This document shows, one piece after another, positions 9,057-20,706 of a stretch of DNA of 51,098 nt (the first letter of the stretch is position 1; every line of letters starts with the position of its first letter). Origin of the DNA: Dehalococcoidia bacterium (GTDB taxonomy: Bacteria; Chloroflexota; Dehalococcoidia; Dehalococcoidales; UBA1222). The notes below the pieces were generated by a model that saw only the letters and a list, made by a program, of their open reading frames with translations, was not told where the DNA came from and made no database searches. The position numbers and the translations under genes are program-made. Location of the stretch: assembly GCA_009776735.1 (NCBI GenBank), contig WRNG01000003.1, positions 1 to 51,098 of the forward strand, written 5' to 3'.

Positions 9057-10187
9057 ATGGCTATATTTGTGCGGCGTATCGGATTGGTGGTTGCTTCAGC
9101 GGCTTTCCTCCTTGCAGTCCTGCTGTTTGGCTATGATCTGGGGGTTGGAGCAACTTCCTCTGACAAAAACTTTGCGAGTATTGAAGAAGCATGGAAGTTG
9201 ATACACGAACAGTATGTGGGGCTAGGTAGCGTTGATTCCAATGCTCTTAGCCAGGCAGCGATTCAGGCAATGATGGAGGTGTTAAACGATGCCCATTCGG
9301 AGTATATGTCACAAAGTGAATACGAAGAGTTTATCAATAGTTTGATGGGCAATAGTTATGGTGGGATTGGGGCAATAATCGCATCGAGTAACGGAAATCA
9401 TATTGTGAATAAGGTGTACCAAGACAGACCCGCTGAAAAAGCCGGGCTTAAGGTTGGTGATATATTGCTGGAAGTAGATGGAATATCGACAAGCGGTATG
9501 TCGTTATCCGATTTGATTGATTTGGTGAAAGGAGAAGCCGGCACACAAGTCAATCTTTTGGTGCGCCATCAAGGCGATTCTACTACAACTTTAATCACAA
9601 TTACACGTGAGAATATTGTTGTCCCAACCGTTGAATTAAAGATGTACGGCGATATCGCATATCTTGAAATCTCTCACTTTAGTGTTAATACCAATAACGA
9701 GTTGGGAGAGGCATTGATTGAGATTGACAAAGAGGGGGCTAAAGGCATTGTAATTGACTTGCGAGGAAATCCGGGAGGCTTCTTAGATGTAGCGGTGAAC
9801 GCAATAAGTCGTTTTATTAAGTCAGGGGTGGTGCTTACGGAGCAAAAAAACGACGGCACTGAAGTTTCAATCAAAGCAAGTATTCAAAAAGAAACCACTG
9901 ACCTGCCAGTGGTGGTATTGGTCAATTCAGGCAGTGCCAGCGCCAGCGAGGTCTTTTGTGGCGCGTTACAAGATTATGGACGTGCGGTCATAGCCGGTTC
10001 CACAACGTATGGCAAGGGAAGTATTAATCAACTTTATGAATTGCCTGATGGTTCAGCCATTTATTTAACAGTCTCACGGTGGTTGACTCCCAATGGAAAT
10101 ATAATTGAAGGAAATGGTATAACACCTGACTATGTATTGGAAAAAGGCACGGATTGGATTCAGTGGGCGGTTGAATTCTTAAGTTAG
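9057..10187 (+). CDS. ctpA: Carboxyl-terminal processing protease (S41, PDZ domain), N-terminal membrane anchor
   Basis: DLRGNPGG, SASASE, TYGKGS, G.TPD; ATG 9057 follows AAGGAG. Confidence 0.93.
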   Translation: MAIFVRRIGLVVASAAFLLAVLLFGYDLGVGATSSDKNFASIEEAWKLIHEQYVGLGSVDSNALSQAAIQAMMEVLNDAHSEYMSQSEYEEFINSLMGNSYGGIGAIIASSNGNHIVNKVYQDRPAEKAGLKVGDILLEVDGISTSGMSLSDLIDLVKGEAGTQVNLLVRHQGDSTTTLITITRENIVVPTVELKMYGDIAYLEISHFSVNTNNELGEALIEIDKEGAKGIVIDLRGNPGGFLDVAVNAISRFIKSGVVLTEQKNDGTEVSIKASIQKETTDLPVVVLVNSGSASASEVFCGALQDYGRAVIAGSTTYGKGSINQLYELPDGSAIYLTVSRWLTPNGNIIEGNGITPDYVLEKGTDWIQWAVEFLS

Positions 10188-10265
10188 CAAGGGACAGCAA
10201 GAGTTGAATTAAAGCGCTCATTTGACCATAATGGGTCCATCCCATATAATCCGTACTTAAAATTT

Positions 10266-11324
10266 GTGAATAAGATGGATATTAAACAACAAATAATTGA
10301 ATTAAGAACGCAAGCGCTGGAGGAGCTTTCTCGGGCAGATACACTGGCCGAATTGGAAGAATGGCGTGTGCGTTACCTGGGAAAGAAAAGTCGTCTGACT
10401 GAGATTTTACGTGGGTTAGCAACTCTTTCTATTGAAGAACGCAAAGAAGCTGGGGCGGTGAGTAACAGCTTCAAACAAGAAATTGAAGAAGCCTATCGGC
10501 AAAAAGAAAAGTTAAGACGAATAGATACACTTGGTTCATCAAGTAGCAAAGAAACGATAGATATTTCTCTTCCGGGGCGTCCTTTTGCACGGGGGCATTT
10601 ACACCCTGTTGCCCAAGCTCTTAACGAAATAGTTGCAATTTTCACGGCCATGGGTTTTCAGGTTCTTGAAGGACCTGAAGTTGAATGGGATTATTATAAC
10701 TTTGATATGTTGAATATGCCCAAGGAGCATCCGGCACGAGCAGCCACGGATACTTTTTGGCTTGATGCGCCACCAAACGAAAAAGGATGGCAAATGCTTC
10801 TCAGGACACATACTTCTCCGATGCAGGTGCGCACTATGGAAAAGAGCAAACCTCCCATTCGGATTGTCGTGCCAGGCATCGTACACCGCTATGAGGCTAC
10901 CGACGCTACCCATCTCTCAATGTTCAGTCAGATTGAGGGGCTGGCGGTGGATGAAGGTATCTGCATGGCTGATCTTAAAGGTACGTTACATGAATTTGCT
11001 CGTCGATTTTTCGGTCCTGACAGAAGAGTCCGTTTTCGCTGTGATTTCTTTCCATATGTGGAACCTGGCGCAGAAATGGCGGTTGAGTGTGCGGTTTGTC
11101 ACGGAGGCGGTTGTCGCCTATGTGGCGGCGCTGGTTGGATTGAGGTGTTAGGTTCAGGGATGGTGCATCCGCGGGTATTGGAAGGAGTCGGGATAGATCC
11201 TAAAAAATATTCAGGATTTGCTTTTGGGATGGGTATTGAGCGCATACCATTATTGAAATACGGGATTGAAGACATCAGGCTTTTTTATGGAAACGACCTG
11301 CGTTTTCTGAGGCAGTTTAGATGA
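10266..11324 (+). CDS. pheS: Phenylalanine-tRNA ligase alpha subunit
   Basis: [33 protein letters not shown]. Confidence 0.99.
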   Translation: MNKMDIKQQIIELRTQALEELSRADTLAELEEWRVRYLGKKSRLTEILRGLATLSIEERKEAGAVSNSFKQEIEEAYRQKEKLRRIDTLGSSSSKETIDISLPGRPFARGHLHPVAQALNEIVAIFTAMGFQVLEGPEVEWDYYNFDMLNMPKEHPARAATDTFWLDAPPNEKGWQMLLRTHTSPMQVRTMEKSKPPIRIVVPGIVHRYEATDATHLSMFSQIEGLAVDEGICMADLKGTLHEFARRFFGPDRRVRFRCDFFPYVEPGAEMAVECAVCHGGGCRLCGGAGWIEVLGSGMVHPRVLEGVGIDPKKYSGFAFGMGIERIPLLKYGIEDIRLFYGNDLRFLRQFR

Positions 11325-13711
11325 AGTGTTCGCTGAAATGGCTTGGTAAGTATGTTGACATAAATACTGAACCGCATGAGCTGGCCAGACTTATCACGCT
11401 AGCCGGTACAGAGGTGTCACGGGTGGATGTTATCGGGGGTTGGGACAACGTTGATGTCGGGCAAATAATTGATATCAATCCCCATCCCAATGCTGACCGC
11501 TTGCGTCTGGCTACCGTGACGCTTGGTCGTGAGACTATGACGGTTGTCTGCGGTGCACCTAATCTTACTGTGGGCGACAAAATAGCTTTTGCCCGTGTCG
11601 GTGCGCATTTAATTGATGGGCATAGCGGTGAAAAAACGGTGCTTAAAGCCAATAAGATTCGCGGTGTTTTGTCTGAGGGTATGATTTGCTCAGAAATGGA
11701 ATTGGGGCTTTCACAGAATCACGACGGTATTCTGGTATTACCGCCCGACGCGCCGTTAGGCGGGGCTCTTTCTGATTATATGGGTGACGTAATCTTTGAC
11801 TTGGAAGTTACTCCCAATCGTCCCGATATGCTTTCTGTATTGGGTATTGCTCACGAGGTAGCGGCTCTCACCGGTACAGTTGTGCGTGAGCCGAGTTTAG
11901 ATTATGTGAGTGAAGGTTCGCCGGTCAGGAACAGTGTGGCCGTGGAAATAAAAGATAGCGATTTGTGTCCTCGTTATTGTGCGGGGCTTGTTACCGGCGT
12001 CAAAATCGCTCAGTCTCCCCGTTGGCTGAAGGAAGCCTTGAATGCCGCCGGTATGCGTTCCATCAATAATGTGGTTGACATTACTAATTTTGTGATGCTG
12101 GAGTATGGACAGCCACTACATGCCTTTGATTACGAGCGTTTGACAGAAGGGAAAATCGTTGTTTGCCGTGCTCAAGAAGGGGAAGAATTTACGACCTTAG
12201 ACGGCGTTGAGCGCAAATTAAATTCAAGTATGTTGGTGATTGCCGATGCCGCTCGTACTGTAGCTGTGGCCGGTGTTATGGGCGGGATGTTTTCTGAAGT
12301 TACCGAGGCGACCACAGCGGTTCTAATTGAGTCCGCAAGTTTCAAAGCTTCCAGTGTACACACTACCCAAGTGAGTCTTAAGTTACCCAGCGAGGCTTCG
12401 GCGCGCTTCGAACGTGGTATTCGGGCTGATCTGACAATTTTGGCACTGCGTCGTGCGGTGCAGCTTATGCTGGAGATATGTGGCGGTGTGGCTGCGGAAG
12501 GATTAATTGACGAATATCCGGGGCGAAAAGAAGTTGTGGCGGTGAATATTTCTTGCGTGGAAGCTAAGCGCATTCTTGGACTGGATATTGCGGCAGAACA
12601 AATAGAAAAGACGCTTCTTGCCATAGGATGCCACGTGAATCGGTTAACGCCGGAGGATTTCGATGTGGTCCCACCGTATTGGCGTAGCGATTTGCGTATT
12701 GATGCCGACTTAATTGAGGAAATCGTACGCATTATGGGCTATGAGGCTATTCCATACAGGCTTCTTTCAGGCGAAATGCCGCAGCAGAATCCGGATTCGC
12801 GTTTGGAATTACGCTTGAAGGTCCGTCAAACGCTGGCTGGGCTGGGTTTTCAGGAACTGATTACTTATGCTTTAACCAGTGGCAGGGTGCTGGAAAAAGG
12901 GTTGAATTCATCTCTGGCCATTGAACCGCTGCGAGTGGTACATCCCATGAGTAGCGACGAAGAATGCTTGCGTACCAGTTTGCGAGGGAATGTTCTCTCG
13001 GCATTAAGCGCCAATGTTCATCGCGAGGAAGGCTTAATCTGTCTGTTTGAGGTAGGACGAGTATACTTGCCCAAACAAAATGATTTGCCGGACGAACCGG
13101 AAATGTTGTGTGGCGTATTAACCTCGAATGGGGCGGAAAAGATTTGGCTCGGACGCCGTGAGCCCGTTGATTTTTTTGATACTAAAGGTGTGGTTGAAAG
13201 CTTGTTCAAAGAACTGGGAGTCCGTGCTGAGTACGAGGTTGGTAATGATGGTGGGTTACGCCAAGGGCAACAAGCATCTATTATGCTTGACAATAAAGCT
13301 ATCGGTGTTTTCGGCACATTACACAGCGATATAACCCAAGAGTTTGATCTGCCTCTGAACACTTATCTTTTCGAAATTAGCCTGGAGGAATTATTGCCTT
13401 ATGCGCGGGGCAAGGCATCTTACGAGCGCTTGCCGCGTTTCCCTGCCGTGATAAGGGATTTGGCGTTAGTATTAGATACAAGCGTTCACCATCAACAAGT
13501 GCTGGACATCATCCAGAGCTCTTCACTGGTAACGTCCGTTGTATTATTCGATGTATACGCCGGTAAACAAATTGCCGAAGGTAAGAAATCCTTGGCTTAT
13601 CGGCTATCTTTCCGTTCTCATGACCACACACTTACTGACGCTGAGGTGGATAAAGTAGTAGAGGCCATTATGCGCAAATTACAAAATTCACTGGGTGTTA
13701 CACTACGCTAA
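11321..13711 (+). CDS. pheT: Phenylalanine-tRNA ligase beta subunit
   Basis: [35 protein letters not shown]-terminal FDX-ACB; ATGA overlap with pheS. Confidence 0.99.
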   Translation: MKCSLKWLGKYVDINTEPHELARLITLAGTEVSRVDVIGGWDNVDVGQIIDINPHPNADRLRLATVTLGRETMTVVCGAPNLTVGDKIAFARVGAHLIDGHSGEKTVLKANKIRGVLSEGMICSEMELGLSQNHDGILVLPPDAPLGGALSDYMGDVIFDLEVTPNRPDMLSVLGIAHEVAALTGTVVREPSLDYVSEGSPVRNSVAVEIKDSDLCPRYCAGLVTGVKIAQSPRWLKEALNAAGMRSINNVVDITNFVMLEYGQPLHAFDYERLTEGKIVVCRAQEGEEFTTLDGVERKLNSSMLVIADAARTVAVAGVMGGMFSEVTEATTAVLIESASFKASSVHTTQVSLKLPSEASARFERGIRADLTILALRRAVQLMLEICGGVAAEGLIDEYPGRKEVVAVNISCVEAKRILGLDIAAEQIEKTLLAIGCHVNRLTPEDFDVVPPYWRSDLRIDADLIEEIVRIMGYEAIPYRLLSGEMPQQNPDSRLELRLKVRQTLAGLGFQELITYALTSGRVLEKGLNSSLAIEPLRVVHPMSSDEECLRTSLRGNVLSALSANVHREEGLICLFEVGRVYLPKQNDLPDEPEMLCGVLTSNGAEKIWLGRREPVDFFDTKGVVESLFKELGVRAEYEVGNDGGLRQGQQASIMLDNKAIGVFGTLHSDITQEFDLPLNTYLFEISLEELLPYARGKASYERLPRFPAVIRDLALVLDTSVHHQQVLDIIQSSSLVTSVVLFDVYAGKQIAEGKKSLAYRLSFRSHDHTLTDAEVDKVVEAIMRKLQNSLGVTLR

Positions 13712-15412
13712 AAAGGTGTCTCCCAGTAAAGCCTTTATTCGTGTAAGAATATCTTCCAATGCGACAAGTTCTGATTTTGCTTGTTGACGCAGTTTTATTT
13801 CCGCACTACCTTTTTCCAATGAACGCGGGCTAATGGTTATGCGTAACGGAATACCCAGAAGGTCGGCATCATTAAATTTCACACCAGGCGATTCTGTGCG
13901 GTCATCAAAAAGAACTTCATAACCCGAGTCAATCAGTTCGTTGTACAAACACTCTGCTTTTTCCTTGATAACAGGGTTATCCATGAATAGGGGGCAGAGA
14001 TAGATTTGGAAAGGGGCGACGTTGAGTGGCCAAATGATGCCTTTATCGTCATGGTTTAACTCAATTATGGCTGCCATGAGACGTCCAATGCCAATCCCGT
14101 AACAACCCATAATAATTGGGTGCAGTTCACCATTTTCGTCAGCATAGGAGGCCTCGATTTTTTCGGAAATAGATATTCCCAGTTTAAATACATGCCCTAC
14201 TTCCATACCTCGTATGGTGCGCAGCGTCCCACCGCAAATGTGGCAAGTGTCACCTGCTTTGGCTTTAGCTATATCGGCAATAACCTCCGCTTGAAAATCA
14301 CGGGGATAGTTGGCATTTTTGAAATGATAACCTTTTTTATTGGCACCCACCACATAGTTGGTTCCGGAGGCTATTGACTCGTCAGCAACGATTCTGATGT
14401 CTCTCAGTCCTATTGGAGAAGCTGAACCGGCTATTATGCCGGCGTTTTTTACTTCATCATCGCTGGCAAGCCGTAAATTAGAGGAATTAAGTACTTTCTT
14501 GAGTTTGATTTCGTTTACATCCAGGTCGCCTCTGACAACAACAAAAATAACCTCTCCGTCGATATGATACAAAACCGCTTTCAATGTCTGGTTTGCTGAA
14601 ATGCGCAGAAAAGACGTGAGCTGTTCAATGGATTCGTGTTCATAAGTCTGAATTTCTTCAAGCTCTAAGAGAGGTTGGCAGTCGGGCTTGGGTTTGATGC
14701 TGACCGCTTTCTCCACATTCGCTCCGTTGTTACAGCCGTCACAAACAATAATTTCGTCTTCACCGATTTCGGTCACTGCCATGAATTCTTGCGAATCCTT
14801 ACCACCGATGGCACCGCTGTCGGCCTCTATCATAATAACCGGCAATCCGCAACGACGATAAACATTTTTGTAGGCTTGGACCATTTGCAGGTAAGTAGCG
14901 TCAAGTTCGGTCTCGTTGGCATGAAAGCTGTAGGCATCTTTCATGGTGAACTCACGTACGCGGATAAGGCCACCACGCGGACGAGGTTCATCACGCATTT
15001 TGGTTTGAATTTGATACAAAGTAAAAGGAAGGTCACGGTAGCTTTGTACGTTGCGCTTTGCCAAGTCTGTTACCACTTCTTCGTGGGTTGGACCAAGTAC
15101 AAGATTACGTTCCTTGCGATCTTTTAGGCAAAAAAGAGTTTCTCCCATGGGAATAAAGCGACCGGATTTTTGCCAGAGTTCCACCGGTTGAAGAGTGGGC
15201 ATCAATATTTCTTGGGCTCTGGTGTGGTTCATCTCATCGCGAACAATGTTTTCGATTTTACGTAGGGTTTTAAGCGCAAGTGGCATATAAGAATATACGC
15301 CAGCCGCAAGTTGGCTTATCATGCCGGTACGCAATAAAAGGCGGTGACTTTCCGTATCTGCTTCTGACGGAATCTCTCGTAGTCTCTTGCCGAAAAGTTG
15401 TGAAATACGCAT
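13703..15412 (-). CDS. proS: Proline-tRNA ligase (bacterial type with editing insertion)
   Basis: LGPTHEE, RDEPRPRGGLIRVREF, EVGHVFKLG, MGCYGIG. Confidence 0.99.
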   Translation of the reverse strand: MRISQLFGKRLREIPSEADTESHRLLLRTGMISQLAAGVYSYMPLALKTLRKIENIVRDEMNHTRAQEILMPTLQPVELWQKSGRFIPMGETLFCLKDRKERNLVLGPTHEEVVTDLAKRNVQSYRDLPFTLYQIQTKMRDEPRPRGGLIRVREFTMKDAYSFHANETELDATYLQMVQAYKNVYRRCGLPVIMIEADSGAIGGKDSQEFMAVTEIGEDEIIVCDGCNNGANVEKAVSIKPKPDCQPLLELEEIQTYEHESIEQLTSFLRISANQTLKAVLYHIDGEVIFVVVRGDLDVNEIKLKKVLNSSNLRLASDDEVKNAGIIAGSASPIGLRDIRIVADESIASGTNYVVGANKKGYHFKNANYPRDFQAEVIADIAKAKAGDTCHICGGTLRTIRGMEVGHVFKLGISISEKIEASYADENGELHPIIMGCYGIGIGRLMAAIIELNHDDKGIIWPLNVAPFQIYLCPLFMDNPVIKEKAECLYNELIDSGYEVLFDDRTESPGVKFNDADLLGIPLRITISPRSLEKGSAEIKLRQQAKSELVALEDILTRIKALLGDTFLA

Positions 15413-15427
15413 AATGTTGTCCTTTAA

Positions 15428-15994
15428 TTAGTGTAAATTCTTCAAAAACTGGACCATATATTCCTTATTGGGAGTCATTGCTTCTTTGGAAACAAGGGGG
15501 TGGTCAGAACAGTATTGTTCGATCATTTCTTTTAGGTTGTCGGCCGACAGCATATAATCGTTAATAATCGCTTCATGTGAAAAACCATGTTTTAGCAATA
15601 AGAGCGCGGATACAACTCCTGTTCTATCTTTGCCGGCACGGCAAAAATAAATGACATTAGTTTGAGAATTCTCGATGGTGGAGAGAATCAGGTGCATTTG
15701 ATGGTCAACCATTTTGAGATAATACGGCGGTACTTCCTTCGCTGTTTGAGGTACTTCGTTACCGAAACTGACCGGCATATTTAGGTATGTGAAGGGCGGG
15801 TAATCTTGTAAACAGCAGGGTTTTTCCATGGTTTCCTTCTCGGTCCGAAGATCAATAACGGTTAAAACGTTGTTGTGCACAAGCCATGCTATATCAAGAC
15901 TGTCAAGATTAGTCAGCGCGTCACTTCGAATGTATCTGAGTGAGCCGTTGATTAGTGCTCTGGTGTTTTGGGTACTTTTAAGCAAACTTGCCAT
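15428..15994 (-). CDS. Tyrosine/serine phosphatase (Y_phosphatase3-like)
   Basis: VIDLRT, catalytic FCRAGKDRTG (CX5R), DYMLS. Confidence 0.9.
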   Translation of the reverse strand: MASLLKSTQNTRALINGSLRYIRSDALTNLDSLDIAWLVHNNVLTVIDLRTEKETMEKPCCLQDYPPFTYLNMPVSFGNEVPQTAKEVPPYYLKMVDHQMHLILSTIENSQTNVIYFCRAGKDRTGVVSALLLLKHGFSHEAIINDYMLSADNLKEMIEQYCSDHPLVSKEAMTPNKEYMVQFLKNLH

Positions 15995-16040
15995 TTAGTT
16001 TAACTCCGTCAAAATGATAAATATTTCACACATAAAGTTG

Positions 16041-17441
16041 CTATTTCCAAATGGTAATTGTGTTTAAGATTAGGTTATCACTGTCGCGGAAAAAGAGAGA
16101 ACATTGGTGACTGTCTATATTTACGTCGACAAAGCCGTATTGTGCCTGTTGATACCATAAACTGGTAGGTGAGGTGTATGTTCGTATGTGGTCGTGCGCC
16201 CCTCCAAAAGCACCGCATATGACATAAGTTACTCCGTTGTTTTGCAGCAATTCCATGTGATGGTTATGGCCCGAGAACACCAAATCAACCCCATACTTTT
16301 CAAACAGCGGAGTCAAAGGAGTAATGGTTTCAAGATTATCGAACCAATCTCTGCAGGTTTGTGTTGCTCCGGAGGAAAAGTAGTAGCCATGCCCGAGAAC
16401 GATTTTCCAGTCGTTGCGGGGAATTTCTTGGAGTTGAGATTCCAGCCAAGCTGCTTGGGCGGCAGTGTAGCTTTCGGCACTCCATTCAATATCCAAGAAC
16501 AGAAAATGGATGCTGCCAATGTCGATACGATACCAAAGCTGAGAGCCGGAAACAGTGTTTATTTCTTTCGGACTGGCAAAGTTTTTATAATTATTCAATC
16601 CGGCAAATATTGAATCGTGGTTTCCTAAAGCATAGCGTATCGGAATACTGGAAGAAGTGAGTGAGACAGTGTTAAACGCTTCAGCCCATTGATTGGCATT
16701 GAATCCATATTCAATCAGGTCACCCAGCATGAACATATAGTCAAACTTGTTATTGGGCTCAGCGATTATTTGAAGCATGGCGGTAGTCAAATCCATGCGG
16801 TTATCACCGGCTCCGAAATGAGCATCTGAGCCGATGGCAATACGCAGAGAAGTATCAGAGGGGGTAGTAAAGTTGTACACAATACCATCATTAACGCGGT
16901 ATGAGTAATTGGTTAGTGGCTCGAGGTCACTCATTATGAAAATATGCTGCCGTAAAGCTTTATCTTCACGGATGGTAACAAGGTTTTCGGCTGTACCCCA
17001 AACAAGGGTATTATACGATGCTTGGGCACTGTTAAAGGTAAGTGCCAAATCAGGTATTCCGTAACAGCCGCATTTATCGCTAATCAATAGTTGGGGAGAG
17101 GTATCACCTATTCCTCCGGAAAAAGAACCGCTGGTGTATAAATAGGCAAAAGTGGGAACCAGCAAACCCGGCACGGAACAAGTAATAAGAAGAGCGGCCA
17201 GAATGTTGATAGCAGATCTTTTTAACCTAGAATAAAATAGCAGATAACCCGTTCCCATAATCGCCAAGGCAATTCCAAAACAGCCTAAAATTTGAAACAG
17301 TAAGCGAAATAAACCGTTTACGTGGAACAGTCCGCCAGTGCCATGTAAACTGAAAGCCCATATTATAAAGATGGTAATGCATATGGCTGCCAAAATGGCC
17401 AATATTGAGGGGACAAACTTTTTGGCTTTGAATGTATTCAT
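16041..17441 (-). CDS. Membrane-anchored metallophosphoesterase (purple acid phosphatase-like, FN3 plus calcineurin-like domain)
   Basis: Three N-terminal hydrophobic segments; DAH, GDL, GNHD, GHNH motifs. Start set at MNTFK to avoid overlap with ispG. Confidence 0.88.
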   Translation of the reverse strand: MNTFKAKKFVPSILAILAAICITIFIIWAFSLHGTGGLFHVNGLFRLLFQILGCFGIALAIMGTGYLLFYSRLKRSAINILAALLITCSVPGLLVPTFAYLYTSGSFSGGIGDTSPQLLISDKCGCYGIPDLALTFNSAQASYNTLVWGTAENLVTIREDKALRQHIFIMSDLEPLTNYSYRVNDGIVYNFTTPSDTSLRIAIGSDAHFGAGDNRMDLTTAMLQIIAEPNNKFDYMFMLGDLIEYGFNANQWAEAFNTVSLTSSSIPIRYALGNHDSIFAGLNNYKNFASPKEINTVSGSQLWYRIDIGSIHFLFLDIEWSAESYTAAQAAWLESQLQEIPRNDWKIVLGHGYYFSSGATQTCRDWFDNLETITPLTPLFEKYGVDLVFSGHNHHMELLQNNGVTYVICGAFGGAHDHIRTYTSPTSLWYQQAQYGFVDVNIDSHQCSLFFRDSDNLILNTITIWK

Positions 17442-17448
17442 TGAAGTA

Positions 17449-18495
17449 TTATAGGGTTTCAATTCCTTGAAGCAAATTTTCAAGGATGTCTTCTTCCGGC
17501 ACAATCGCGACCTGCTCTCCTTTTTTGAAGAGGATTGCTTTGCCTTTTCCGCAAGCGATACCGATGTCAGCATCCTTGGCTTCTCCGGGACCATTTACGA
17601 CGCATCCCATAACTGCCACACGTATTGGTTTGGATATTGTCTGTAAGGCTTGTGATACTTTTTCAGCCAGAGGGATAATATCCACTTCACAACGGCCGCA
17701 AGTCGGGCAACTTACTAAAACAGGTCCGCGTTGGCGTAATTCCATACTCTTTAGGATTTCATAGCCGACTGAGACTTCTTCATGGGGACTGGCGGTGAGA
17801 GAAACGCGCAGTGTATCTCCCAGCCCAATATACAATAACGTGCCGATTCCTGCCGCACTACGGATTATTCCGCTACGTGGTGTACCAGCTTCAGTTATAC
17901 CAAGATGCAGAGGATAAGGGATTTTAGTGGCGATAGTTTCGTATGCCGCAATAGTGGTGAGAACATCGAATGCTTTGAGTGACACCTTGATTAAATCAAA
18001 ATCATGATCTTCCAGCAACTTTATATGTCGCATCGCGACTGCAACCATAAGTTCGGGGATTGTCTGCTTAGAAGAAGTCGCTTGTGGCAAGCTTCCCGCG
18101 TTTACCCCGATGCGAATGGGCACTTGACGTTCTTTAGCGGCGACAACTACCTCCGAAATCTTTTCGCGTTCAGAAATATTGCCAGGGTTGAGACGCAACC
18201 CGTCCACTCCGGCCGCCAAGGCTTTTAGGGCTAATCGATGGTCAAAATGGATATCCGCGACGAGAGGAATGGGGGCATTTTGTTTGATGACAGAGAGAGC
18301 ATCAGCGGCTTCGCTGTCAGGAACTGCCAAGCGCACGATTTCACAACCACAATCGGCAAGCTCTTTAATTTGCCTAATGGTTGCTTTCACATCGCGAGTA
18401 TCGGTTTTAGTCATTGATTGAACGCTAATAGGCGCTCCGCCTCCGACCTGTACGGTCCCAATGTGAATAGCTTTGGAGATACGTCTTGCCGGCAA
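17449..18495 (-). CDS. ispG: HMBPP synthase
   Basis: VQSMT, ADIHFD, RLNPGN, RIGVNAGSL, SCPTCGR, MGCVVNGPGE. Confidence 0.99.
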   Translation of the reverse strand: MPARRISKAIHIGTVQVGGGAPISVQSMTKTDTRDVKATIRQIKELADCGCEIVRLAVPDSEAADALSVIKQNAPIPLVADIHFDHRLALKALAAGVDGLRLNPGNISEREKISEVVVAAKERQVPIRIGVNAGSLPQATSSKQTIPELMVAVAMRHIKLLEDHDFDLIKVSLKAFDVLTTIAAYETIATKIPYPLHLGITEAGTPRSGIIRSAAGIGTLLYIGLGDTLRVSLTASPHEEVSVGYEILKSMELRQRGPVLVSCPTCGRCEVDIIPLAEKVSQALQTISKPIRVAVMGCVVNGPGEAKDADIGIACGKGKAILFKKGEQVAIVPEEDILENLLQGIETL

Positions 18496-18496
18496 T

Positions 18497-19579
18497 TTAT
18501 CCTCCGCTGATAATGCGACCGATGTCTTGGAAAGTAATTATTACCATTAATAACAACAGCATCACAAAACCGATGAAGTGTATTTTTCCCTCGGTTTGTG
18601 GAGCAACACGTTTCCCTCTACGGATCCATTCAATAAGCACAAAAGTTAGTCGTCCTCCGTCAAGTGCGGGCAGTGGCAATAGGTTCATTATCGCCAGGCT
18701 TAGACTTAGTACGCCGGCAAATTCCAATAGAGGGCTGACGCCGTACTGGGCTAATTCTCCGGTTAATTGAGCTATGCCAACCGGTCCGACCAATGAAGAT
18801 GAATCGGCACTGACTATCATACTTAACAAAGAGTTTTTGTAGAGGACAATTGTCTGAAATGTCTCCCTAAATCCTAGAGAAATTGCCCTAAAAAAGGGCT
18901 CGGAACGATGGGAAACCACCGTGCTATCTTCAAGTATCGTGGAATTAATTCTGATTCCGATTGCGCCTTGCCCTTTTGGCGGTTTCCAGCGAGCTTCAAC
19001 TTGAAAACTCTCCTCAGTATTTTCAGTCGTTAGAACGACAATCGTCATTTTTTTGCCGAGATTCATGGTGGTCGTGCGGGATAAGTCTCCGTAATTTTCA
19101 ATACTTTTGCCGTTGATGGATAGTATGGTATCGCCGACGCTCATTCCAGCCTTTTCCGCCGGCGAATCAAGAGCAACTTCCTCAATGGTAATCTGTTGAC
19201 TGACGATATCGTGCGGTACCATGTAAGATACCGAAAAGAGCAATAAGGGGAGAAGGGCATTGACTATGATTCCGCCAGCCAACACCAAAGCCCGCTTGGC
19301 GCAACTTTTTGATGCTAAACTACGGGAATCAGTGGGATCTTCCTCACCGGTCATTTTTGTAAACCCACCGAAAGGAATCCAGTTTATGGAGTACACTGTC
19401 TCTCCGCGCTTGTAACCGAATAGGCGGGGAGGGTAACCTAAGCCGAATTCTTCAACTCTGACACCGGAAAGCTTGGCGGCAAAAAAATGGCCAAGTTCGT
19501 GCGCTAAAATTATTCCGGTAAAAATCAGTATAAAAGCTATAGCACTAATTAGGAATTGCATTACGATTTCTCCAATCAA
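18497..19579 (-). CDS. rseP: RIP metalloprotease RseP (M50, PDZ)
   Basis: HELGH, NLLPLPALDGG. Confidence 0.96.
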   Translation of the reverse strand: MIGEIVMQFLISAIAFILIFTGIILAHELGHFFAAKLSGVRVEEFGLGYPPRLFGYKRGETVYSINWIPFGGFTKMTGEEDPTDSRSLASKSCAKRALVLAGGIIVNALLPLLLFSVSYMVPHDIVSQQITIEEVALDSPAEKAGMSVGDTILSINGKSIENYGDLSRTTTMNLGKKMTIVVLTTENTEESFQVEARWKPPKGQGAIGIRINSTILEDSTVVSHRSEPFFRAISLGFRETFQTIVLYKNSLLSMIVSADSSSLVGPVGIAQLTGELAQYGVSPLLEFAGVLSLSLAIMNLLPLPALDGGRLTFVLIEWIRRGKRVAPQTEGKIHFIGFVMLLLLMVIITFQDIGRIISGG

Positions 19580-20706
19580 ACGTTGTTTTGAATAATAGCT
19601 CTAGTCTCTTTGTCGACGCTGATAATATCATCAATTGAAGGGCAACAGATGTTCTTATGCCTAGCCAAGGCCTTTTCAATTAAACTTGGTATATAATTGA
19701 ACTCAATGCGTCCGGACAGAAATAGGTCAACCGCCGTTTCATCTGCCGCACACAGGACAGCCGGAAAAGTTCCGCCTTTTTTCCCGGCATCAATTGCCAG
19801 TTTTAGACAGGGGAAACGAGTATAGTCGGGCTCTTCAAAAGAGAGGAGATTGTTTTTCATAAGATCTAAGCGTGGCAGAGAAGGATTGTCCCATCTGTGT
19901 GGGTGGCTGAGCGCATATTGAATTGGAATACGCATATCGGCAGTGCCAAGTTGGGCTTTGATAGTTCCATCACAGAATTCTACCATGGAATGTATTATGC
20001 TTTGCGGATGCACTAATACGTCGATTTGTTCGAAAGGCATACCGAATAACCAATGCGCTTCAATTACCTCCAGGCCTTTATTTGTGAGAGTAGCGCAATC
20101 AACAGTGATTTTGGCTCCCATTTTCCATGAAGGATGCTTAAGTGCCTGTTCGGCTTTTACACTTAAGAGTTCGATGGGAGAATAACTGCGGAAAGGCCCC
20201 CCGGATGCGGTAAGTATAAGGCGAGAGGGAAGGCTTTTTTCTCCCGTAAGGCACTGCCAAATCGCTGAATGCTCACTGTCAATGGTTCTGATTTGGGCAT
20301 TATGCTTTTGTGCCAGCGGCATGATGACACTTCCGGCGGACACCAAAGTTTCTTTATTGGCTAGAGCTATGATTTTACCAGCTTGGATGGCCGAAAGAAC
20401 AGGTTTAAGGCCGGATGCTCCGGACGAAGCGGCAACGATAATAGTAGCTTCGTCAAGGGAGACCATTTCCTCTCTCTCCATAAAGATATAATCACCGGGA
20501 AGAGAGTCAGCGTTTTTGCTTAAACAGTATACATAGCGAGGATGGAATTCAGCTATTTGAGAAGCCAGCAGTTTAAGGTTGTTTCCTCCTGCCAGCCCAA
20601 GCACCTGTAATTTGTCAGGATGAGCACGGACCACTTCCAATGTTTGCTGTCCGATAGAGCCGGTACACCCAAGTATGACAAGCTTAATGGGAGTCATGTT
20701 GTCCAC
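19576..20706 (-). CDS. dxr: 1-deoxy-D-xylulose-5-phosphate reductoisomerase
   Basis: LGCTGSIG, LANKE, DSEHSA, TASGGPF, NKGLEVIEA. Confidence 0.99.
   Translation of the reverse strand: MDNMTPIKLVILGCTGSIGQQTLEVVRAHPDKLQVLGLAGGNNLKLLASQIAEFHPRYVYCLSKNADSLPGDYIFMEREEMVSLDEATIIVAASSGASGLKPVLSAIQAGKIIALANKETLVSAGSVIMPLAQKHNAQIRTIDSEHSAIWQCLTGEKSLPSRLILTASGGPFRSYSPIELLSVKAEQALKHPSWKMGAKITVDCATLTNKGLEVIEAHWLFGMPFEQIDVLVHPQSIIHSMVEFCDGTIKAQLGTADMRIPIQYALSHPHRWDNPSLPRLDLMKNNLLSFEEPDYTRFPCLKLAIDAGKKGGTFPAVLCAADETAVDLFLSGRIEFNYIPSLIEKALARHKNICCPSIDDIISVDKETRAIIQNNV

Noticed and set aside
8927-9136. 69-aa ORF after rnpB
   Set aside because: Overlaps the rnpB 3' end and ctpA; no SD or motif
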